Source of the DNA: Acidobacteriota bacterium
GTDB taxonomy: Bacteria; Acidobacteriota; Vicinamibacteria; Marinacidobacterales; Marinacidobacteraceae
DNA: 64,000 bases
Assembly (NCBI GenBank): GCA_022820545.1
Contig: JAJEFG010000093.1
Location: forward strand, 1,803-65,802
Direction: 5' to 3'
The position numbers and the translations under genes were made by a program. The notes beneath the pieces were generated by a model. It was not told the DNA's origin, searched no databases, and worked only from the letters and a program-made list of their open reading frames with translations. Numbering within the stretch: the stretch's first letter is position 1; every line of letters starts with the position of its first letter. Below, in pieces: positions 39,849 through 49,407 of this stretch.

Positions 39849-40275
39849 GTGATGACGAACCGCGACGAACTGGAGCAACACCTGGCCGCATGGCGCGCCC
39901 ACAACCGGCAGACCGATGCGGTCCCCGGGGCTGACCTCGACGCGCGAGAGCGGACTCTGTCAACGGAATTCGCCGCGCTGCGCGAGGCCGGGCTCGCTCC
40001 CGACGAAGCGTTCCTCGTGGCCCTGAAACGGGTCGGGGAACATGATGCGTCAACGCGCGAGTTCGCTCGCCGGCTCCAACCGGACGGCGGCGCTCGGCCT
40101 GAACCTGGTCCTGCTCGCCAACCTGGCGGGGTCGGCCTGGCTCTATCTGCGCTTTCTGCGCGGGCGGGGACCGTTCGCCGCGCTCGAACGCTGGCAGACC
40201 GGCTTCCTTCCGGTGTACGCCGGCTGGGCCGCGGTGGTCGCCGCCCTCTTCCCCCCGGTGTTCGGCTACCAGTAA
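39849..40275 (+). pseudogene. Internally deleted, out-of-frame 'permease prefix domain 1' membrane protein remnant
   Basis: Frame 1 reads ...AGLAPDEAFLVALKRVG...REFAR. A different frame from about 40075 reads NRTAALGLNLVLLANL...LERWQTGFLPVYAGWAAVVAALFPPVFGYQ*, which is the family's C-terminus. Confidence 0.7.
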
Positions 40276-40296
40276 CCGCCCTCGGCCGGCAGCCGG

Positions 40297-41256
40297 TCAG
40301 AACCGGAGCTTCAGGAAGACGTTGAGCGCCGCGTAGGCGACGCTCTCCTCGGTCCGGATCCGGAACGTCACCGGTTCGCTGCCGTCGAGGCGCAGCTGCG
40401 AGGCATGGCTGCGCAGGCGCTCCCACTCGGTCTCGTCCTCGAAGGCGTCCGAACGGACGTAGCGCGCCTGGAGTCCCAGCGAGGCGTTGTCGTTGACCTC
40501 CCAATCCACGCCGGCGAGGGCCTGGAACGCCGTGAGGCGGTCGCTCAGTTCTCCCTGCTTGCTGGTGGTCGTCGCGGCGAGGTTCCTCCGGATCTCATCC
40601 TCGTTGGGCAGACCCGCCGCGGTGGCGATCTTCGCCGGGTCCGCGTTACGCACCCACAGGTCCCCGTAGTCCAGCTCCGTCCACGAGACTCCCACCCCCA
40701 ACCCGGCGAAGGGGGTCAGCGCGCCGGCCGCCGGCAGGTCGACGATGAGGTTCAGGAAGACGTTGCGGGAGGACACGCTGCCGATCCGGTCCTCGGCGCG
40801 CACGATCTCACCGTCCAGCTTGCCCGCGGTGTCTCCGGTAGCGCTCGCCACCGGCGAGGTCTGGTCGTATTCCGACTCCCGGTGGAAGGTCTCGACCTCC
40901 ATCCGGAACCAGTCCGAGACCCGGTGGCCGACCGCGAGACCGGCGAGAGTGCCGTAGGCCGAATCGAAGGCCGTCTGCCAGCCCGCGGACGAGCCGCGGC
41001 CCGGATCGGTGCAGCCCGGGATCTCGGCGTAGCGCGGGTTGATGAACTCGTCGCACCGGCTCGCCCGGTCGTTGCTCTTCCCGTGGAGGACGACACCACT
41101 CGCGAGGTTGGCCCCGAGACCCGCGCGCAGGTAGAAGCCGGAGCGCTCCTCCTCGGCGAGCGCACCGGGCGCGCCAGCGAGCAGGAACACGGTCCCGGCG
41201 GCCGCCCATCGCGTCAGGGACAGGCTCCGTGGGGCGGGAACACACCGGCGGTTCAT
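40297..41256 (-). CDS. Outer-membrane beta-barrel protein (opacity/Msp2-like)
   Basis: Signal peptide, SGFYLRAGLG, PFAGLGVG, AFQALAGV, terminal KLRF. Confidence 0.8.
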   Translation of the reverse strand: MNRRCVPAPRSLSLTRWAAAGTVFLLAGAPGALAEEERSGFYLRAGLGANLASGVVLHGKSNDRASRCDEFINPRYAEIPGCTDPGRGSSAGWQTAFDSAYGTLAGLAVGHRVSDWFRMEVETFHRESEYDQTSPVASATGDTAGKLDGEIVRAEDRIGSVSSRNVFLNLIVDLPAAGALTPFAGLGVGVSWTELDYGDLWVRNADPAKIATAAGLPNEDEIRRNLAATTTSKQGELSDRLTAFQALAGVDWEVNDNASLGLQARYVRSDAFEDETEWERLRSHASQLRLDGSEPVTFRIRTEESVAYAALNVFLKLRF

Positions 41257-42092
41257 CGGATCAGCTCGAAATCCGGGGCTTCACCGACCACTCCGGCGCG
41301 CTCGGCCATCGAGAAGAGCGCCCGGAGCGCGGCCTCCCCGGAGTCGCCCATGTCGCGAGTGAGCGCCGAGACGTACATCTTCACGAACTTCCGCCCCAGC
41401 TCGCGCTCGAGTCCGCGGCCGAAGAGGAGCGCGTAGTCGAGGGCCTCGTCCTCGTTGGCGTAGGCCCAGTCGATGCTCGCCCGCATCGCGCGGTTGACTT
41501 CGACCGCCAGGTCCCGGCCGAGGTCACGGCGCACCACGTCGAGTCCGAGCGGCAGCGGCAGCCCGTGCTCCTCCTCGAAGCGGATCCCGAAGTCCGAAAG
41601 CAGATGGAACCCGCGCGTCTCGTAGGTGAGTTGTCCCTCGTGGATGACGACGCCGGCTTCGGCGCGGCCCGCTTCGACCGTCTCGAAGATCTGGTCGAAG
41701 GGCACGACCACCGGCTCGAACTCCCCGATGTAGCAGCGGGCCAGCAGCGCCGCGGTCGTCCGCGGACCGGGGATCGCCACCCGGCGGCCCTCGAGGTCCT
41801 CGAGCTTCCCCGGCTCGCGGCTCACCACCACCGGGCCGTACCCCTCCCCCATGCTGGCCCCGGTCGCCATGATCCAGTAGCGGTCCGCGACCGAGAGGTA
41901 GGCGTGCGCGGAGATCGCGGTGATCGGCAGTTCGCCGGCGAGCGCCCGGTCGTTCAGGCTTTCGATGTCCTCGAGGACATGCTCGACCTGGTAGTCACGG
42001 ATGCGCACGGCGCCCTTCGCGAGGGCGCAGAACATGAAGGCGTCGTCGGGGTCGGGGCTGTGCCCGACCCGCAGGATCGGAGGAGGGGTCAC
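41253..42092 (-). CDS. mqnD: 1,4-dihydroxy-6-naphthoate synthase (futalosine menaquinone pathway)
   Basis: GHSPDPDDAFMF, SMGEGYGP, IHEGQLTY, PLPLG; GAAAGGA SD before GTG 42092. Confidence 0.88.
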   Translation of the reverse strand: MTPPPILRVGHSPDPDDAFMFCALAKGAVRIRDYQVEHVLEDIESLNDRALAGELPITAISAHAYLSVADRYWIMATGASMGEGYGPVVVSREPGKLEDLEGRRVAIPGPRTTAALLARCYIGEFEPVVVPFDQIFETVEAGRAEAGVVIHEGQLTYETRGFHLLSDFGIRFEEEHGLPLPLGLDVVRRDLGRDLAVEVNRAMRASIDWAYANEDEALDYALLFGRGLERELGRKFVKMYVSALTRDMGDSGEAALRALFSMAERAGVVGEAPDFELIR

Positions 42093-42112
42093 GGATTGGT
42101 TCCTTTCGTTGG

Positions 42113-42745
42113 TCAGGGAGGGCCGGAAGTATCCCCCTTCAGGCAAGCCGCAGCCCGGTCAATGCACTCATCGTCCCAGCCCGCCGGGAAGATCAGATCG
42201 GCGGCGTCCCCGGCGCCGCCGAGGTAGCGCCGCTGCGCCGGGATCACCATCTTCTCGAAGCGTTCCCGGACCTCGGCCGGCGTATAGGCGCGCTCCGCGC
42301 CATCCCTCGCGATGCGCCGGCGGAGAAGCACCTCGAGGTCGCCCTCCAGCAGGATGCGGAGATTCGCCGCCGCCCGGACCCGCGCATCCCAGAAGGCGAA
42401 CACCCCCTCCGCGATGACCAGCCTCGTTGGACCGAGGGCGCCCGTTACCCGGCGCGCGCCCGTCGAGAAGTCGTAGTCCAGATCGGGGACGGATGCACCG
42501 GCGCGGAGCGCTCCGAGATGGTCGGCGAACAGGTCGAGGTCGTAGGACTCCGGCTCGTCGTAGTTGACGTCCGTGCGTTCGGTGCGCGACAGGTGGGAGG
42601 TGTCCCGGTAGTAGTCGTCCTGCGACAGCACGACCGCCTGCCAGGCGGGAACCCGCGCCGCCAGCGCCCGGGCGAAACGGGTCTTCCCGGTGCACGTCCA
42701 CCCGGAGACGGCCACCACGCGGACGGTGTCGGGAGGAGCGATCAG
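42113..42745 (-). CDS. udk: Uridine kinase family protein
   Basis: P-loop GWTCTGKT, QDDYYRD, NYDEP, YDF, RRIARD. Start uncertain (CTG 42745 overlapping the gatB stop, or GTG about 42719). Confidence 0.8.
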   Translation of the reverse strand: MIAPPDTVRVVAVSGWTCTGKTRFARALAARVPAWQAVVLSQDDYYRDTSHLSRTERTDVNYDEPESYDLDLFADHLGALRAGASVPDLDYDFSTGARRVTGALGPTRLVIAEGVFAFWDARVRAAANLRILLEGDLEVLLRRRIARDGAERAYTPAEVRERFEKMVIPAQRRYLGGAGDAADLIFPAGWDDECIDRAAACLKGDTSGPP

Positions 42746-44232
42746 GACTCTCCCGGGCCTGGATCGAGCGCTCGTTCGAGCGCCGCCCGGGCCTCGCGGG
42801 CATCCGCTTTCCCGCGGAGTTCGCGCATCAACTGCCCCACGAAGAAGCCGATCACCTTCTTCTTGCCCGCCCGGTAGGCGTCCCGGTCGGCCGGGCGCCG
42901 GGCGACGAGGCGGGCGGCGATCTCGTCCAGGCGAGACCCGCCCGCGAGGTCCGCGAATCCGAGCTCGGCCGTGAGTTCGCGGGCGGTGCGTCCGGTGTCG
43001 CACATCGCCTGGAAGACCTCCCGCGCGGCGTTTCGCGGCAGCTCCTTCGCGGCGAGCAGATGCACCAGCTCGCCGAGCCGCTCCGGAGGCGCCGCGAGCC
43101 GTCCGTCGTGCTTTTCCCGGGATGCGACCTCGGTAGTGATCCAGCCGGCGGCCGCGGCCGCCGCGTCGACGACCGGAGAACCGGCGCCCGCCGCCGCGGC
43201 TACCGTCGCCTCGTAGTAGTCCGCCAGGTCGCGGCGCGCGGCGATCCGTTCGGCCTGGTCGGCGGCGATGCCGTGTTCGCTCCGGTAACGGGCGGCGCGG
43301 GCGTCCGGGAATTCGGGAAGCGCGCCGCGCGCTGCCTCGAGCAGTCCTTCGGGAAGCCGCAGCGGGGGAAGGTCGGGATCGGGGAAGTAGCGGTAGTCCT
43401 CGGCTTCCTCCTTGCTCCGCATGGGCTCGGTCACCCCGTGCGCCTCGTCGTAGAGGCGCGTTTCCTGGACGACCTTCCCTCCGCCGGCCAGGACTGCGCG
43501 CTGACGCTGCTCCTCGTATTCGAGCGCCCGCTGGAGGAACCGGAACGAGTTCAGGTTCTTCAGCTCCACCTTGACCCCGTAGTCGAGGTCGCCCCGGCGC
43601 CGGACCGAGACGTTGCCGTCCATGCGCAGGTTGCCCTTCTCCATGTCGGCATCGGACACCCCGCAGTAGACGATCCGGCTCCTGAGCTCCCGGGCGTAGG
43701 CGACCGCCTCGGCGGCCGAACGCATGTCCGGGTCGCTCACGATCTCGATGAGCGGCACGCCGGCGCGGTTGAAGTCCACGCCGCTTCGCCTGTCGGATCC
43801 CGGGAACCCGTCGTGAACCAGCTTGCCGGCGTCCTCCTCGATCTGGATCCGGTTGATCCCGACGTTGCGGTCCACCGCCGCCCCGTCCCCCTCACCGTCC
43901 AGCCGGACCTGGACGGCCCCCGCCTCCGCCAGCGGAAACTCGTACTGGGTGATCTGGTAGCCCTTGGGGAGATCGGGATAGAAGTAGTGCTTCCGCTCGA
44001 AGACCGACTCCTCGTTGATCTCGCAGTCGAGGGCGAGTCCCGCGAGCACCGCGAGTTCCACCGCCCTCCGGTTGGGCACCGGGAGCGCTCCCGGGAGGCC
44101 GTAGCACACCGGACAGAGGTGCGTGTTCGGGGGTGAGCCGAACTCGTTCCGGCAGCCGCAGAAGAGCTTCGTCCGGGTATCGAGCTGGACGTGTACCTCG
44201 AGCCCGATGACGGTCTCGAAAGGGTCGGTCAC
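42742..44232 (-). CDS. gatB: Asp/Glu-tRNA amidotransferase subunit B
   Basis: IGLEVHVQL, YFYPDLPKGYQITQ, EEDAGK, DYRYFPDPDL. Confidence 0.97.
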   Translation of the reverse strand: MTDPFETVIGLEVHVQLDTRTKLFCGCRNEFGSPPNTHLCPVCYGLPGALPVPNRRAVELAVLAGLALDCEINEESVFERKHYFYPDLPKGYQITQYEFPLAEAGAVQVRLDGEGDGAAVDRNVGINRIQIEEDAGKLVHDGFPGSDRRSGVDFNRAGVPLIEIVSDPDMRSAAEAVAYARELRSRIVYCGVSDADMEKGNLRMDGNVSVRRRGDLDYGVKVELKNLNSFRFLQRALEYEEQRQRAVLAGGGKVVQETRLYDEAHGVTEPMRSKEEAEDYRYFPDPDLPPLRLPEGLLEAARGALPEFPDARAARYRSEHGIAADQAERIAARRDLADYYEATVAAAAGAGSPVVDAAAAAAGWITTEVASREKHDGRLAAPPERLGELVHLLAAKELPRNAAREVFQAMCDTGRTARELTAELGFADLAGGSRLDEIAARLVARRPADRDAYRAGKKKVIGFFVGQLMRELRGKADAREARAALERALDPGPGES

Positions 44233-44251
44233 CGGGCCCGGGGCGGAACCG

Positions 44252-46036
44252 TCAGCCGTACAGGGATTCGATGAGGTCGGCGTACCGCTCCGCCACCACC
44301 CGGCGCTTCACCTTCATGGTGGGTGTCAACTCCCCGCTTTCGATCGTGAAGGCCGCCGTCACCACGGCGATCTTCTTGACCTGCTCGAAGGACGCGAGTC
44401 CCTCGCTCAGCCGGCTGATCTCGGCCATGAGATGCGCCTGGACGCGTTCGTCGGCGGCCATCGCTTCAGGGCCGTCGGCCGATACTCCTTCTCCCTCGCA
44501 CCAACGGCCGAGTTGCTCGAAGTCCGGCGCGACCAGCGCCGAGAGGTAGGGCTTGCCGTCCCCGACCATCACCAGTTCGGCGATGTAGACGCTCGACTTG
44601 AGAGTTCCCTCGATCGGCTGCGGCGCGACGTTCTTGCCGCCGGCGGTGACCAGCAGATCCTTCTTCCGGTCCGTGATCCGCAGGAACCCGTCCTCGTCGA
44701 ACGCCCCGACGTCGCCGGTGTGGAACCAGCCGTCCACGATCGCCTCGTTCGTAGCCGCCTCGTTGCCGAAGTAGCCCTTCATCACGTTGTGGCCGCGGCA
44801 GAGGATCTCTCCATCGTCGGCGATCTTCACGTCCACGCCCCGAATGGGAATCCCCACCGTTCCGAACCGGAAGCGGTCCCGGCGATTCACGGTGATGACG
44901 GGAGAGGTTTCCGTCAGGCCGTAGCCCTCGATCACGACCCAGCCCGCCGCCAGGAAGAACTCGGCGACGTCCCGGGGAAGGGCGGCCCCGCCGGAAACGA
45001 AGAGCTCCATCCGGCCACCCATCCGGGCGTGCAGCTTGCTGAAGACCAGCTTCGTCGCCAGTCCGTACTTGAACTTCAGGCCCGCCGGCACCGAGGTGCC
45101 GTCCTGGCGGTGCTTGCCCACCGCGTACCCGACCGAGAACGCCCAGTTGAAGATCTTCTGCTTCAGGGGGCTGCCGGCGGCCGCCGACTCGAGGACCTTG
45201 TCCCGCATCTTCTCGTAGAAGCGCGGCACGCACGCCATCACCGTGGGATGGACTTCCCCGATGTTCTGCACCAGCGTGTCCATGCTCTCGGCGATCGCGA
45301 TCGTGACGCCGGCGTGCGGATACAGGTAGTGCGCCACCATGCGGGCGAACACGTGGCTGTACGGCAGCACGGAGATCGCGCGGTCTTCCGGAGTCAGCGT
45401 CAGCGCTTCGTGGGACGCGAGGGTGTTCTGCACCAGGTTCGCCTGGGTGAGCATCACCCCCTTCGGGTTCCCGGTGGTTCCCGAGGTGTAGATGATGGTG
45501 GCGACGTCGTCACCGGAAACCGCCGCCGCGAGGCGCTCGGCCCCGCCGGAATCCACCGCGCGCGAACTCTTGCCGGCGTCGGTCACCCTCGACCACGACT
45601 GACCCCCCGAACCGTCCACCGGCGCGTCGAGCGTGAAGACCATCTCGACGCTCGACAGCGAGTCGCGGACTGCCGCGATCTTGGCCTGCTGCTCCGCGGA
45701 GGAGGCGATCACCACCCGCGCACCCGAGTCCTGGATGATGTAGGCGGCCTGCTGCGCGGTGAGCGTGGGATAGATCGGCACCGTCACGGCGCCCAGGATC
45801 TGGAGTCCCGCCTCGATGGTGAACCATTCCAGGCGGTTCTCCGAAAGAAGCACCACCCGGTCTCCCTTCTGCACTCCGCGGAGCGACAGACCGACCGCCG
45901 CATCCCGCGCGGCGTCGAGCCAGCCCGCGGACGAGAGCTTCTTCCACTCCCCTCCCTCCTTGTGGAGGATGGCGTCGTCCTTGTTGTGCCGCGCACAGGC
46001 GGCGGCGAAAAGCTGGTTCAGGGTCTGCGCTTCCAT
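44252..46036 (-). CDS. Long-chain fatty acid--CoA ligase
   Basis: YTSGTTGNPKG, EGYGLTE, TGDVG, DRKKD, TPTMKVKR; GGAGG SD. Confidence 0.94.
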   Translation of the reverse strand: MEAQTLNQLFAAACARHNKDDAILHKEGGEWKKLSSAGWLDAARDAAVGLSLRGVQKGDRVVLLSENRLEWFTIEAGLQILGAVTVPIYPTLTAQQAAYIIQDSGARVVIASSAEQQAKIAAVRDSLSSVEMVFTLDAPVDGSGGQSWSRVTDAGKSSRAVDSGGAERLAAAVSGDDVATIIYTSGTTGNPKGVMLTQANLVQNTLASHEALTLTPEDRAISVLPYSHVFARMVAHYLYPHAGVTIAIAESMDTLVQNIGEVHPTVMACVPRFYEKMRDKVLESAAAGSPLKQKIFNWAFSVGYAVGKHRQDGTSVPAGLKFKYGLATKLVFSKLHARMGGRMELFVSGGAALPRDVAEFFLAAGWVVIEGYGLTETSPVITVNRRDRFRFGTVGIPIRGVDVKIADDGEILCRGHNVMKGYFGNEAATNEAIVDGWFHTGDVGAFDEDGFLRITDRKKDLLVTAGGKNVAPQPIEGTLKSSVYIAELVMVGDGKPYLSALVAPDFEQLGRWCEGEGVSADGPEAMAADERVQAHLMAEISRLSEGLASFEQVKKIAVVTAAFTIESGELTPTMKVKRRVVAERYADLIESLYG

Positions 46037-46074
46037 CGGGAGCACCTCCGGCCAGTGATCTTACGCAAGTGGCG

Positions 46075-46209
46075 TCGGAGCGCCGGCCTCCGGCCGGCAT
46101 CGACCGCCGGGAGGCGGTCGAAACCGCACCCGGTACCCGGCCTGACGGCGCACCCGGCCGGGACCGCCGGTCTTCAGACCGGCACGCGCGGCGCTCCGCG
46201 CCGCGCACG
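46075..46209 (+). repeat. Two REP-like elements
   Basis: 46075-46102 is identical to the first 28 bp of the 23516 repeat; 46160-46209 is a variant of the 52643 element. Confidence 0.85.
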
Positions 46210-46275
46210 GCGCAGCGCCCCTCCGCCTGACGACGATCCGGCTCGCAACACCGATACTCCCCGGGCGTACCCCCC

Positions 46276-46875
46276 ATGCCTGACCTGATCCTCCCCGTCG
46301 CGCTCTTCGCGTTCTCCATGTCGATCACCCCGGGACCCAACAACGTCATGGTCACCGCGTCGGGGGCGAACTTCGGATACCGGCGGACCATCCCGCATCT
46401 CCTGGGCATCGGCCTCGGGTATCCGGCGATGGTGGCCGGGGTCGGGTTCGGCCTCGGGGGTGTCTTCGAGGCCGTCCCTGCGGTGCACGTCGTCCTCAGG
46501 TACGTGGGCTCCGGCGCCATCCTCTGGATGGCCTGGAGGATCGCCACCGCCAGCGGGACGAGCGGGGCGACGGACCGGCCCGGACGCCCGTTCACCTTCC
46601 TGCAGGCCGCCGCCTTCCAGTGGGTCAACCCCAAAGGGTGGGTGGTCGCGATCAGCGCGATCAGCGCCTTCACGACCGTCGAGGGAGACCTCTTCTTCGA
46701 AGTGGGTGCGATCACCTTGAGCTTCGTCTCTGTGAACTACGCGTGCGCTTCGGTCTGGACCCTCTTCGGCGTCGGGATCGGGCGGCTCCTGAACCGCGGC
46801 GGCTGGCTCCGGACCTTCAACGTCGCGATGGGCCTGCTGCTCGTCGCCGCCATCGCGCCCCTCTTTATCGACTGA
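46276..46875 (+). CDS. LysE family translocator
   Basis: ITPGPNN, FQWVNPKGW. Confidence 0.93.
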   Translation: MPDLILPVALFAFSMSITPGPNNVMVTASGANFGYRRTIPHLLGIGLGYPAMVAGVGFGLGGVFEAVPAVHVVLRYVGSGAILWMAWRIATASGTSGATDRPGRPFTFLQAAAFQWVNPKGWVVAISAISAFTTVEGDLFFEVGAITLSFVSVNYACASVWTLFGVGIGRLLNRGGWLRTFNVAMGLLLVAAIAPLFID

Positions 46876-46988
46876 ACCCGCGGAAAGTTCGCCCGGAAAC
46901 ACGGAGATCGCGGGCGCCGGCACCCGCCGGGGAACGCCCCCTCCCGTCAGGCCGCGACGCGCCCCCTCTGTTAGGATGCCCGGCTCAT

Positions 46989-47924
46989 ATGTCCACCTCG
47001 GAAGGGCGCGGGAATCCCGGCGCCGGCGGAGACAGTCGCCCCGGGCCCCAGGTGCCCGAGGGCCTCTTCGTCCGCTGCGACGGGTGCTCGGAGATCGTCT
47101 ACGGACGGGCCCTTCGGGAGAACCTCGAAGTCTGCCCGCGCTGCGACTTCCACATGCGGCTCGGGGCGCGCGAGCGCATCGAGATGCTGGTTGACGAGGG
47201 GGTCTACCGGGAGATTTCCGAGAGCCTCCGCTCCAACGACCCGCTCCGCTTCCGCGACCGGGTGGACTATTCCGACCGGCTCCGGAAGGGCGCGGAGAAA
47301 ACCGGCCTCGACGACGCCGTCATCGTGGTGCGCGCCGAGATCGAGCGCACGCCGGTGGTCCTCGCCGTCATGGAGTACGCCTTCATCGGCGGCAGCATGG
47401 GCGTCGTGGTGGGCGAGCAGATCACCCGCGCGGTGGAAGCGGCCTGCGAGGCCCGGATCCCGCTGATCGTGGTCTCCTGTTCGGGCGGCGCCCGGATGCA
47501 GGAGGGCGCCCTCTCGCTGATGCAGATGGCCAAGATCTCGTCGGCGCTCGCCGTGCTCGACGATGCGGGTCTCCCCTACATCTCCTTGCTCACCCATCCG
47601 ACCACCGGGGGCGTCACGGCCAGCTACGCCATGCTCGGCGACATGAACCTTGCCGAGCCCGGAGCCCTGATCGGCTTCGCCGGTCCCCGCGTGATCCAGC
47701 AGACGATCCGCGGCGAACTGCCGCCCGGCTTCCAGCGGTCCGAATTCCTGCTCCGCCACGGGATGCTCGACCGGGTGGTCCACCGCCGGGACCTCCGGGG
47801 TGCGTTGGGCAGTTTCCTGCGATTCATGTACGAACCCGCCGAAGCCGCGGCTTCGGTGGAGAAGGACGCCGCCGCCACGGTGCAGACCGCACCGGAGCCG
47901 GCGCGGGTCCGCACCGTCCGGTAG
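46989..47924 (+). CDS. accD: Acetyl-CoA carboxylase carboxyltransferase beta subunit
   Basis: CxxC...CxxC, FIGGSMG, SGGARMQEG, PTTGGVTAS, IGFAGPRVI. Confidence 0.97.
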   Translation: MSTSEGRGNPGAGGDSRPGPQVPEGLFVRCDGCSEIVYGRALRENLEVCPRCDFHMRLGARERIEMLVDEGVYREISESLRSNDPLRFRDRVDYSDRLRKGAEKTGLDDAVIVVRAEIERTPVVLAVMEYAFIGGSMGVVVGEQITRAVEAACEARIPLIVVSCSGGARMQEGALSLMQMAKISSALAVLDDAGLPYISLLTHPTTGGVTASYAMLGDMNLAEPGALIGFAGPRVIQQTIRGELPPGFQRSEFLLRHGMLDRVVHRRDLRGALGSFLRFMYEPAEAAASVEKDAAATVQTAPEPARVRTVR

Positions 47925-47951
47925 AGCCGGCGGTCCCTCCGCTTCACTTCC

Positions 47952-49358
47952 ATGAGGTACGAGGAGGCGCTCGCTTTCCTGAAGAGCCGCGAGCAGTTCC
48001 ACGTCAAGGTGGGGACCCGGAACATCCGACTGCTCGCCCGGGCGCTCGGCCACCCCGAGCACCGGTTCCCGTCGGTGGTGGTCGCGGGAACGAACGGGAA
48101 GGGCTCGACCGTGGCCATCCTGGACTCGATCCTCCGGGCCCACGGGCTTCGAACCGGGCGCTTCACCTCGCCCCATCTCGTTTCCATCGGCGAACGCGTT
48201 CTGGTGAACGGCCGCCAGCTTCCGGAGGACGAATTCGCCGGCCTGATCGGCGATATCGCCAGCGCGGCCGAGCGTCTGCCGCCGGATCAGCAGCCGTCGT
48301 TCTTCGAGACCATCACCGGCGCCGCCTTCCTTGCCTTCGCCCGGCACGAGGTCGACGCGGCGGTCTTCGAGGTGGGGATGGGCGGCCGCTGGGACGCCAC
48401 GACCGCGACCGACGCGCCGCTCGGACTCGTAACCCGCATCGCCCTGGATCACGAGCGCTATCTGGGCCGGACGGTGCGCGAGATCGCCGGGGAGAAGGGA
48501 GCGGTGGCGCGGCCGGGGGGAGAGTTGCTGATCGCCCGGCAGGATTCCGAAGCCGCCGAGGTCCTCGCGGCCAGCGCCCGGGACCGCGGCGCCCGTTTCC
48601 GGGACGTGGCCCGGGAAACGACCCTCGATTGCACGGTCCACCGGACGGGCGCCGCCGGGGTTCTTTCGACCCCCGTAGCGACCTACGACGACCTCTGGTT
48701 GCCGCTTCCCGGCAGACATCAACTGGACAACCTGGCGCTCGCGGTCCGCGGAGCGGAGCGGCTCTTCGCGCGGGAAAGGCTCGGAACTCTCGACCCGGTC
48801 CGGGTCCGCCAGGGCGTCTCGGCGGTCCGGTGGCCGGGACGGCTGGAATGGCTGTCCGCCGACAACGGCCGTCCGCGATTTCTCCTCGACGCCGCCCACA
48901 ATCCGAGCGGTGCCGAACGACTCTCGGAGTACCTGGACACCCTGGGCACGAACGGGCGGCGGGTACTGGTCTTCGGGGCCAGTCGCGACAAGCGGGTCGA
49001 GGAAATGCTGGCGCCGCTGGCGCCGCACTTCGAGCGGGTCTTGCTGACCGCCGCGGCGACCCGGCGCGCGCTCCCCACTGCCGACCTGAAGGACAGCGCG
49101 GAGCGGGTGTTTGCCGGAAACGGCGCCCACGCGGAAACCGTCGAGGACGTTCCGCAGGCGCTCGCCAGGGCCTGCCGGCTCGCCGGCCGGAAGGGCGAGG
49201 TGGTGATCGCGGGCTCGATCTTCCTCCTCGGGGACGCACTTCGGCTGCTCCGCGAGGCGAAGGGCGACCACCTCGATCAGGAAGTGATCGAGATGCCGTT
49301 GCTCCCGCCGGGACCTGCGGGCCGGACGAGCGCCGAGCGGCGATCTTCCGCCGCCTGA
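47952..49358 (+). CDS. folC: Folylpolyglutamate/dihydrofolate synthase
   Basis: AGTNGKGST, TSPHL, EVGMGGRWD.T, WPGRLE, DAAHNP. Confidence 0.96.
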   Translation: MRYEEALAFLKSREQFHVKVGTRNIRLLARALGHPEHRFPSVVVAGTNGKGSTVAILDSILRAHGLRTGRFTSPHLVSIGERVLVNGRQLPEDEFAGLIGDIASAAERLPPDQQPSFFETITGAAFLAFARHEVDAAVFEVGMGGRWDATTATDAPLGLVTRIALDHERYLGRTVREIAGEKGAVARPGGELLIARQDSEAAEVLAASARDRGARFRDVARETTLDCTVHRTGAAGVLSTPVATYDDLWLPLPGRHQLDNLALAVRGAERLFARERLGTLDPVRVRQGVSAVRWPGRLEWLSADNGRPRFLLDAAHNPSGAERLSEYLDTLGTNGRRVLVFGASRDKRVEEMLAPLAPHFERVLLTAAATRRALPTADLKDSAERVFAGNGAHAETVEDVPQALARACRLAGRKGEVVIAGSIFLLGDALRLLREAKGDHLDQEVIEMPLLPPGPAGRTSAERRSSAA

Positions 49359-49407
49359 GACGCGGGGCGACCATTCGGGTCGTCAGTACACTCCGCCCCG
49401 CTTCCCG

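Noticed and set aside
42742-44232. gatB without gatCA as an anomaly
   Set aside because: Split gatCAB loci are common, so this is uninformative in a single window.
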